From positions 1 through 64,000 of the forward strand of contig JALJEE010000137.1 in NCBI GenBank assembly GCA_023231475.1: a DNA stretch of 64,000 nt. The letters are read 5' to 3'. The stretch's first letter is position 1, and each line of letters starts with the position of its first letter. Origin of the DNA: Seison nebaliae (taxonomy: Eukaryota). The notes beneath the pieces were generated by a model that saw only the letters and a list, made by a program, of their open reading frames with translations, was not told the origin of the DNA and searched no databases. Shown here piece after piece: positions 39,936-50,283 of this stretch. Position numbers and translations under genes: made by a program.

Positions 39936-42769
39936 TTATTCATTTAATTCATTTTCTCTTATTATTCCTTTGACCTCTTGTCTCTTTTGAATGATGTAGA
40001 GACTGAGTAACAATGTGCTGCCTAGACATACTGCACTCCCGCAAAACAGCAGACCATGATAAGGTTGATCTTTTATGGAAAGTAAAATAGCTATTTATTG
40101 AGCATTAATAATTGTCGTAAAAAAATGAGAATTATCACTTGTTTATATTCGATATGTAAAAGGAGGAAACCTGCTATTGATGAGCCGGTGAGACTGCCGA
40201 TACCTCGACAAATATAAGCAATTCCTACAGCGTCCGACATATCCGCTAAACCAACTAGATCGACGATCATTACAGCAATTAAAGATGCATAAGGTGCTAC
40301 TAGGGCTATTATATGATTATTCATTAACAATCTAAACTAACCGTTAAGTACACCAAGTAGAGCGAAGTAGATTTGTACATGTAATACTTCCGTGAATGTT
40401 CCCGAGCTCAATGTTGCAATTGCGCTCAAATAATTCATAATGACAACAATAAGGAATTTATAGTTGTAACATCTATTTATCACTCCTGCGACGGTCAATC
40501 GACTAATAATGGAACATCCACCTGCAGAATAATCAGAAATTAGATATTCCCCCCAAAAAATTTCCTGCTGTTCACACCAGAATGAATGATGTTTTTGATA
40601 AAAATATTTCTCATCCAAAATAATTCAGAACAAAATTCCTTAACAAAACTCTAAAGAATTTTCATTCAAATTTGAAATTAAAGAAGAAATAAATGGAAAA
40701 AATTATGTAAAAATTGACATACCAAAAATGAGTAAGAGCGACGATGATTGAGCTGAAGTTGCTTCCATTTTACTTGCATATTCATATCCCAACAATATCG
40801 TGCCATACATCCCACATTCATTAACGACGAGAAAGCAACAATAGATAAGGAAAAGTTGATGGTCGATGAATATTCGGTAATTGAATAATCCTTTTATTGT
40901 TTCAATAAATCTCGCAGAAATTGATTTCTTATACAATTTTTGATTGTCTGGAAGGAAAGATGTGGAAGAAGGGATAATGCAATCGACTTATGAATATTAA
41001 TATAACGACATGAAAAAAGAAAGTTGGATAGACAAAATGGAGGAGAGGAACTTCTCATGAAAGTTTCATATAAAAGAAGACTAGGTATTATTTGATGGGG
41101 ATGGTCTCATTTGTTTCGTGAGAATTATTGGCAGATTTTTGACAGGAATGAAATTAAAAATTGATTCTCTTAATTAAACAACTTCCACTTTTGTTCGATG
41201 GAAGTTGGAATGTAAGTGATTTGTTCATCCTACACGAAATGACATGACAGATAAATTATTAACCGCCCAATAATTGTTGCATGATCTCCGATGTATTAGT
41301 TATATTCATATTAGTAGCGATCCTGTTCGGTAAGTTGATCATGGACGCACGAAATTGTTCGATATTGTAAGCCGATCTAAATTCTTTTAAATTGACTAAA
41401 GAATGCGGATAAAATATGTCCGTTCGATTTAATGGATCTCTCGCTAATTGTTCATGTAAAACATCTTCGATTTCTCTGAAAAAAGAAATTTCCGTTTTCT
41501 ATCGATTCATTCACTAACTAACTTTGCAGGAATAATCGATGGAATTGAATTAATGACAAGTTTTTTCTTTTCTTTCCGCAATTCTGGATCGTTTACGATG
41601 GAAGCAGAAACAATTCCATGCAAATCGTCAACTACGATGGGCAAAGAACTAGGTAATTCAACGACTCGTCTTAATGTCTCTTGTTCATTAATCGAGGCAT
41701 CCTGTTCGATGGAAAATATTAGATCAAATTTTTCATTAGAACCTTCGCTTCATAACGTAATTGTGGCCGATAGGGAATTGTCGACGATTGTCCACCAGTA
41801 ATTACTGTGCTTGAAACAAAAGAGAATGTTTTTTCTCAAATTTTTTCGATTATCAAATTTATTCATTTCAACTTGTCGTATTTGAAGTAGTTAGGCGGAT
41901 TCTTCTTTCGTGGTAAATGGAACATTCCACTATACTCTCCATCGATCTTTTTCGATTGTTTCTTATTAAATTGTGGCGCATTTTCAACCATGACAAATGT
42001 CGCTGCAGCGATAGCGACTTGAGCCGCCATTCCTGGATAATGTCTAGATAGTTTTAATGATTGTTCAAAGTAACCTGCTAGCAGAATGTGAGTACCCATC
42101 CAACCGAAAATTATGATAAGTTTCGGTACCATAACACTGAAAATGATAATTCCTGACGGTGAACCAGTCATGACAATGGCATTGACAATAGCGCGATGAT
42201 TCTCGAAGTAATAGTTAGGCATAATTACTGCACTTAATGTAGTAGCACAACCGCCCAATCCAAATATACATCCTTGGATAATGATGACTTGTCTGATGGT
42301 AGACAACCAGGGAACGATGAAAGTAGTAAGAACGAGTAAGAGCGTGCCGATAAGTGTGACCCATTGGGCACCGATCCTCTTAACAAGCGATGTAATTATT
42401 GTGGCCGCGAAGAATTGCATCGCATAAGCTACCGAACCGACAATTAACGCTTGAGATTGTGTGCAGTTGAAATGTTTCGGATAGAATATGATGAGTGCGG
42501 GTAAATTGTAGCAAATACCGTCGATGGTGAACTGACACAACTATTTGAGGAGAGAATCATTCTGATGTTAAGTATTTGGAGGATGAAAATGGAATGAAAT
42601 TAGTAACGAAGGCAGCTATTGCAATTGCTACGCCCCATCCACCATCAGGCGGTGCTGGCGGCAATATTCTATCAATATTAATATGTGGCTCGTATTGGAC
42701 GAGATCAATTACGGACTGAATAAGAATCGAATTAGGTTTTGCCTTTTCTACCTTAGCTCGCTCAATCAT
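39936..42769 (-). CDS. SLC16 monocarboxylate transporter-like, paralog B, about 10 exons
   Basis: Motifs PPDGGWGVAI, NYYFENHRAIVNAIVMTGS, loop motif PLNRTDIFY and VDLVGLADMSDAVG..GIGSLTG. Confidence 0.9.
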
Positions 42770-45743
42770 TACTTCCTCTCTACTTTCTCAAGTATTTATT
42801 TATTACGTCAATACATTTATTATTTATGATTATGAATTGTAAACATGAAATTTTTATTCAGCAATTCTTATTACACTTTCTCATGTGTCAGAGGTAGGAA
42901 GAAAATATGTAATTGATGATATGTCAATGATATTAGTCTTGTTTTGCCATTGTTTAGGATATAAATTAACTATTGGCATTGTTAAAAAAATGGGGGCAAC
43001 GTATTGTAATTATATTTTTTCCACTTATTTTACTTCATACAATACGCCAAATTTCTTCCTTTCTTCACAAATCATTCAACAAACAGACAAATCCATTTAG
43101 TTACTTTTAGACTAGCTACTAAAAATAAATGTTATCTGATGATTAAAATATAATAAATCATAAAATAGAATATTCACCTCATTCCTTCTCTTCGTCTCTT
43201 GGGAAAGAAGGGGAAACATATTTATATTTGTTCAACATTATCTCTGAAAACTGGAACGGTTCAGGTTAGCCGGACTTTACTCCCATTAGAAAAAGGAGCC
43301 GCAGGACTAGGAAGTGGGAAGATTAAGTGGAAGGAAAGTCATGAATAGAATAAGAGAAATCTTTTACAGTTTTCATGCGTAAAATTATAGATTGCCGATT
43401 AAATTTTCTCCTCGCATGTTCCACCATAAACTAGAAGGATATTATCCTACTTCATCTAGGGAAAGAAAACGAAGAAGTTTTAGCCAACACAATTCACCAA
43501 TTTTTTCATTCTGATTAATTCATATTGGATTAGATTCATAAACATTAGGCATTTTCATAAATGTTGAGATAAAATGAAACTTTCAACCATTTTTACTAGC
43601 GAGAAAATTACACCTTGTAATTTTCTTTAACCCACTCCAGAGACCTTCATTCGGTATCTGGGAAAATTGGTTACCACGTCCACTTTCTCTTTGAACATCT
43701 GAACAGTTATTGCTTATTTCACAATTTTAATAAACATACATAAAAGATTTATATGTTCCATTAATTTCCTGTTAAATAATTCATATATAATTCACGAAAC
43801 TAATCAGTATTATGTACAACATCTTTTGATGATCTTACAATTCGGTTCGGTTATATTATTCAATATACATCATTCCAAATTTTACTGTTACTTTATTATA
43901 TTTTGTCTGTAATCTCAACTTACTGATCATCACCATCATCATCATCATTGAATGACTATTAATTAATGAACGAACAAATATTACATAATTGCTTCATATT
44001 TCCAACGAATGAAAAGTATGTTAAAAGAAGTGTATCTTGCTGATAATTATAGTTCGATAAGAGAGGAAGAAAACATTTTTTCTGTTAAGCATTTAAACGT
44101 GTAAGTACAAACAGAATGAGTAATTCCGTTATATGAAATATTTATTCGCTCCAAACAACATCGAGCGGAAAAGGTGAAAAACAAATATCGGATTCAATTA
44201 TAACTACGTACAAATAGAGAAATGGGTGTCTTATTTATCCATTTGTGTTTGAAGATGAGAGGGTGAAATTTGAATAAATTTTCAAATTTTCTAAAAATAA
44301 AAAAATTCTTATCTAATCGATTAATGATATTTAACCTCTTCATTCTCACTTGGCTCCCCCAGACATAGGGCAACTGTTTATTTCTCGCTTTCATGCTCAG
44401 ACATAAATGTTTAACTGAGTGAAGAAATGTGTCGAAATTGCAGGAAGGAATCGTGGACGACCGGATATCGGCAGATGAATAATAATTCATCAAGCAAACA
44501 TAAAGGAACCTATAAAAACAATATATGCTATTGAAATGACAAGATATCTTCAACTGAGACAGTTCCATTTTATCATTAAACAGTTCCATAAATATATATT
44601 ATATTATAAATCTACAAATTTACAAGGAATGTTAAATAATATAATAATGCATGCTCACCATGACTCGCCATGGTCAACATGTTTTAGTTGATGAACTAAT
44701 AAATTCACTCGAAATGCATTATCAGAGTAGACAAATATAATTATAAATTATATTTGTCTAATTATTTGTTAGTGAGTCGATAGTTAGATGATGAAGATTG
44801 GCAGAGTAATTTGATCGAATTCTCTCACTCTCAATTCGAGGACTGACAAGTGCTTTCTATGAATTTCTCCCATTTGTCCATATGTCATGAATAATGGACA
44901 CTTAATTTAAATTTAATTTATCTTACTAAAATTCTATGTTGTTTCTTTTAAGAATTCTGATTTATTTGCTCCTTTCATTCTCTGTCGTACGTGGGACATT
45001 TACGAGTAATTCGTTAGAGAATACTGGTCTTCCAAACTATTTCAACTCGTCAATGAAACATTTCTTGACTCTCAAAAAAGTAAATGCATTTTTTATTGTT
45101 ATATTTCATGAGAGAGAATCTCTTATAGTTTCATTCTCTTCTTTAGTTACATCTTCACAATCTTTCCCGTTCAAATTCTCATTTGAAATTTTATCATCAA
45201 ATTCTCGACTGTCTATTGAGTATTAATTGAAATTATTTTCAACACAATCTCTTTTTACCAGGATGACAGTTGAGAAGCTCATTCCCGATGTGTTAACACT
45301 TTTCATTTTGTTTTTGTCACTTGTTTATTTTTAGTGAAATTTTCACAAACAAAAAACAAAAGTAAATTTATTGGAAATAAAAGATGCATCCGGTTCATTC
45401 CTCTCCGATAGATTGGCAGATTCTTCCTCTCAATTATTCGTATAAAGCGCCATTTTCGATTAGAACAATTATCCATCTACTTAAAATTCGACATAAAAAT
45501 GTGAATGATTATGCATTCTATTAAAAGTTCATATTTTCTTCTATTGAACTTCGACGACTTTCGTAATTGTTCCAATGAATGAAATCATTTATAATGCTTC
45601 CGTAAATCTATAAATGCTCCAATTTATTTATTAGTTTCAATTTTTTCTTTTATTTATTTGTCAATAGAAACCATTTATCTCACATCAATTCTTTTTCAAA
45701 ATAATCTTCGAGTGACACGATTATTTTTTCAAAACCATCAAAT

Positions 45744-47138
45744 ATGGAAACATTTAATATCAGTCGAAATGTTATCGCGATCCTCTGCGTCATTTTCGGT
45801 TTACCCACTAACTTATTGGCTATCTGTCTCATCATCCGTTCGCTATGTCGACGGAAGTCGCACTCGAACAGTCGTCGACAAACGATGTGCGTTTCAATCA
45901 ATCAACCTTCATCGGAAATACTGAAACGAACCGGAACACAAATCAAAAGAAAGTCGTTGATAACGACCTCAACCAAATCACAATTGATGACTCAGAAAAC
46001 GGTATTTAATCGTTGCAATTCGTTCAATACCAATCGATTAGGATCAACATCGGATGAAACGGAAAATTATCATCATCGAAAAGGCACGTCTATCAAGAAA
46101 ATTCGAATTCCAAAATCCATTCAACTCTTTTTGTTGCAGATGATTTTTTTAGATTTAGTCATTCTTATTTATTGGTGGACGGAGATCGTTTGGACGATTT
46201 ATAATAAGAATCAATTGAACAAAAATAATCGTAACAGTTCACTTCATGTTCGATCGCGCCGACCAAAAAATTTAATGTCGTTATCATCAGTCCATTGTTA
46301 TGGAATTATCATCGTCAATAAAACAGCCATTTTCCTCAGGAATTGGTTATTGTTGATGTTTACTCTCCAGAGAATGTTGGCAATAGTATCGCCATTGAAA
46401 ATGAGAAATATCCTCTACACGATGAGAAAGGCATCATGCAATCTCATAACTTTCTGCTCATTATTGTTGATTTGTTTAACTTGCATTATTTGGTTAACGG
46501 TATCAACTCAACGATATCAAAATGAACGATGTACAATCACCGTCACATCAAGACAGCATGCTGCAATTCATAATATTGTTTATGGAACTATTGTTTATCT
46601 CCTCCCTTGTATACTCATTCTCATCATTAATTGTGCACTGTATAATGCAAGTCGATTACAATCTAAACGAATCAAACTCTTCTCATCCACTTATCCTCAG
46701 CCTCGTCGTTCCACATTAGCCATAACTGACAAAACACTCGATGTACCCAAAAGGAGTCGTTTAAGCAAGTATTCGATTGTTTACAAAAAATCTTTTTCAC
46801 ATTCAACACACTCAAAAGATCATAAAACTCAAAGAACTATTTCAAGGAATCTTCAATTACTTTTAGCTGTCTCATTCTCCTACATCGCCTTCTATCTCCC
46901 TTATGCCATAATATTCATCATTCGTGCATTAGCTAATCGATCGTCAAGCATCTACTCAACCGTCAAATATTTAAGTGTCATTTTCGACCAAATGAGATAT
47001 TTCGGACATATCACAAGCTTCTACGCTTACATTCTCACCGGAAAACATTATCGAAGACAATTAGTGGAATGTACACGAATAATAATCTGCTGTTCATGTT
47101 ATCAACATTTCAAGAAGAAAATTAATCATTTATTTTAA
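45744..47138 (+). CDS. Rhodopsin-class (class A) GPCR, orphan peptide-receptor-like, intronless
   Basis: Seven hydrophobic segments: TM1 GLPTN, TM2 LQMIFLD, TM3 C..WLL.MFTLQRMLAIVSPL, TM5 LLPCILILIIN, TM6 FYLPY, TM7 SFYAYILTG..YRR. Confidence 0.9.
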   Translation: METFNISRNVIAILCVIFGLPTNLLAICLIIRSLCRRKSHSNSRRQTMCVSINQPSSEILKRTGTQIKRKSLITTSTKSQLMTQKTVFNRCNSFNTNRLGSTSDETENYHHRKGTSIKKIRIPKSIQLFLLQMIFLDLVILIYWWTEIVWTIYNKNQLNKNNRNSSLHVRSRRPKNLMSLSSVHCYGIIIVNKTAIFLRNWLLLMFTLQRMLAIVSPLKMRNILYTMRKASCNLITFCSLLLICLTCIIWLTVSTQRYQNERCTITVTSRQHAAIHNIVYGTIVYLLPCILILIINCALYNASRLQSKRIKLFSSTYPQPRRSTLAITDKTLDVPKRSRLSKYSIVYKKSFSHSTHSKDHKTQRTISRNLQLLLAVSFSYIAFYLPYAIIFIIRALANRSSSIYSTVKYLSVIFDQMRYFGHITSFYAYILTGKHYRRQLVECTRIIICCSCYQHFKKKINHLF

Positions 47139-47141
47139 TCT

Positions 47142-48021
47142 TTAATAAATCGTCGTCGTCATGGGAGACAGCATAATCAAACCATCACCTCGTAAAAATA
47201 TCATTGGGAATTGTCTTCGTTTCGTCTGAAAAGAAACAAGAAAAGAAAATTATTTTTGGAATTGTAAATTTAAAATCATTCTTTTCTCTCGAAGAATTCC
47301 CAAAATTTTTTTCACAGAAAATTTCCTTAACTTTAATTAAAAACTATTGAAACGTAGTATCTAAAAACTTATTCTTTCTATTTTTATTTAAACAAAAACT
47401 CTAGAAATCGAATCGAATGATAAAAAATTTTGGTAAAAATTAAATTGCAGATAAAAATTTTTGGGAAAATTTAATTAAAAGGTAAATATTCTTTGGAAAA
47501 TTAAAATGATGGTGAACATTTTTTGAAAATTAAATTGACGAACTTTGGAAAATGAAGTTGCGATAAAGATTTTCGAAAATTAAGATGCAGATAAAAATAT
47601 TTGGGGAATTTAATTTTCATAAATAATTAAATAGCAGATGAAAAGTTTTAAAAATTTAAATTATAAAAAATTAAAATAACTTTATATTCGATTTCGTTCG
47701 TCTCTTCATCTAAGCACTCTTCCATTATAGTTTCTTCCACTTCCGATAATATCATGTTCATGTGATGATCATATGCCTGAATTGATAAAAATGATGAAAA
47801 AAGTAGAAATTGAATAGCAGAAAGAACATGTAATCTTCCTTTGATTTCACGATCTTTATGCATTTTTAAATGGACACGTTGATCCAAACATAATCGAACT
47901 AGATCGATAGGTGAATCGACAGCGATTCCTGTCCCATCTCTAGTTTTAGTCGAACTACTAACTGGCGATTCCTAGAAAGAAATTAATCAAAAATAATTTA
48001 AAAAAGAAATAATACTGGCAT
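47142..48021 (-). CDS. LSM3: U6 snRNA-associated Sm-like protein LSm3, 4 exons
   Basis: Spliced product [83 protein letters not shown] aligns end to end with remembered LSm3. Confidence 0.92.
47418..47660. repeat. Degenerate ~30-bp tandem repeat (about 7-8 copies) inside the last LSm3 intron
   Basis: Recurring unit resembling GATAAAAATTTTTGGAAAATTAAATTGCA, e.g. at 47450 and 47590. Confidence 0.7.
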
Positions 48022-48756
48022 CGTCGATTAATTCAAAAGATTTCTTAGACTTGAAAATTGAAAAAAAAAGTTTTTATTTAAAATTGTACTTTAAAAAATT
48101 TCTGTTCAATCCATCAATTGTGAATTCATTTTCGATCCAATCTTGTTTCCTTGGCAATTTATTTACTACAATATTTTTTTCGGAAAATTGACAAATTGCT
48201 TATCACAACTTATCAGTATTTAAGAGAGAAATATCTGGTGAATATATTTGTTTTGTTCGATCGATAGAGAATGACAGATGAATTCATGAATGAATTGACT
48301 ACAGTCCATTGGGACGATTAATGATAGATTGTGGAGAATAAACATTAATTTTCAGACGGACTACTACATATTAAGAGGAGTAAGACAGTTTGTAGGAATT
48401 TCTCTCTAAGGAATTAGGTCAGTTAACATTCTGTTTTTCTCCCGTACATTTCTCATCAAATATCTGTTCCGTTCACTCACCTCTTTCATCATTCACTCAG
48501 TTTGACGTAACGAGTCTCCCCATTATACTGGTCATTTAGAGTTGTTATGTTTATTCTTCAATTTCCTATTAATTAATTCCCGTCTAATTTATATCTGATT
48601 AAGAGAATGTCTTTAAATGTCCTTCACACATTCGACCTAAAATAGAATTAGGAATTGTTTTTAATTTAAATTTATTCTCATGTCTTTGTCATTTAATTTG
48701 TTTTTTAAATTGTTTCATTAAATCATCAGAATATGACGTAATTGAACTATTGAAAA

Positions 48757-50283
48757 ATGGAAGAATATAAACAAGTTCTCGCACTCTATCCATATGGGAA
48801 AGAGAATGAAGATGAATTAACATTAGTGAAAGGTGATATATTGGAAGTGACTGGCACTGTTAGCTTTTTTAAAAATGTTTCAGCTAATGAGAAGAATATG
48901 TGTAGCCAGAAACTGGTTGGTATGAAGGAAGGAAAATCAATATAACATTTTCGAAGAAATCGACCAATTATTATTTGTCTGATTTCGGAGTATTCCCATC
49001 GAATTATGTGACTCCTTTGGAGAAACAGAACAACGAATCTCAACCGAACGACGAGAATGACCATAATCGAAATAAACAAAAATTTAGAACTAGTTCACAT
49101 TAATTTTGATGAAATTTAAATTTGATGACAATTTTGAAATTTCAGATAGTGAAAGTGAAGATCATCTTTATAATTGGTGTAAAGTGAAGTGTAGTTTTAC
49201 CGCATCGAATCCGCATGAATTATCTGTGCAAACTGGCGATGAAGTTGCGTTAATTTCAAAAGATAAAGAGAACGGATGGTGGAAAGTACGACACAATAAA
49301 CAAGTGGGATATATTCCTCATCATTGTGTCGATTCCCATATCGACAATGTGGAATCAGTTAATTCAAATTCATTTCCTTCTTTCATTTCTCCAATTCTTT
49401 TTCCAGAATGAAAAATCATCAATCAAATCAATGGATGGAGATAAGACATCTAGAAAAAACAGGAGATCTGGTTCCAAATCCGCGAGAACGCGATCAGGAA
49501 CTGAAGGTTCTTTTTCACTTTCAAAATTTCAAATAATAAAATTTAAAAAAATTTCATTATAAAATTTAAAGAAATTAACGATATTTTCAAAACGGACAAA
49601 CATGGAATGAAGAAACCTGTTAAATTGGCTGCTTTAGAAGAAATTCATCCGATTAATGGTGCCAAACAAAATAGAATTCGGAATTCTAAGGATAATTTCG
49701 CAGATGATGATAACGAGAAACGATTAGATAAAATCGAGACATTGAAACGATCACCAACAACTGACGATCCGAAAAGAAGTTGTGAATATTTTTGAATGAT
49801 TTAAATTATTTAACATATTTAAAATTAAAAGCAAAATCCAATTTACCCAAACCAAAACGATCATCAGCTATGTTCCATTCGGAGGGATTTAATGCCAAGT
49901 CGATAGATTTGGAAACTGAATCGAACGCCGGCGAATCGGTAGATTATCGTTCGTCGAACAAACCGAGAACTTCATCGAAATTGCAAGAAATGTACAATGA
50001 AATTTCAACTTTATATGACCGGATGGGCGAGATGGAGGTGAGATTTCTTGAAAAGATCGACGCATTGACAACGGAGGTCGACGAAGAAAAGAAAGAACGT
50101 GCTTCACTTAACATCGAAGTGAATCGGTTAAGGCGATTAGTTCAGGAGTTGACGATGAAACCCTCAATTGGTCAACATTCATCTCGACGTTTCACCACCT
50201 CATCTCCTCATGTTCATTCACCATCCAGCGCTAGACGTAGTATTGGAAACACGGGAAATCATTCGCCCAATTCGTACAATTGA
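48757..50283 (+). CDS. SH3-domain adaptor, CD2AP/SH3KBP1(CIN85)-like (two SH3 domains plus C-terminal coiled coil), 6 exons
   Basis: SH3-1 ALYPY..ENEDELTLVKGDILEV..GWYEG..GVFPSNYV; SH3-2 ELSVQTGD..GWWKV..GYIPHHCV; coiled coil EVDEEKKERASLNIEVNRLRR. Confidence 0.8.

Noticed and set aside
41180..41220. 9-bp hairpin CAACTTCCA/TGGAAGTTG followed by a miR-1-like TGGAATGTAA
   Set aside because: The stem is too short for a pre-miRNA, and the miR-1 similarity does not extend or lie within a proper arm.
41749..41755. Apparent in-frame TGA (readthrough or selenocysteine) in the MCT-B loop
   Set aside because: It is resolved by using the other frame plus a 41-nt GTTCTA..AACAG intron, matching the paralog's exon structure.
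38804..48015. U12-type (minor spliceosome) introns
   Set aside because: The GTAT donors lack the ATCCTT extension and a TCCTTAAC branch site, and no AT-AC introns were seen.
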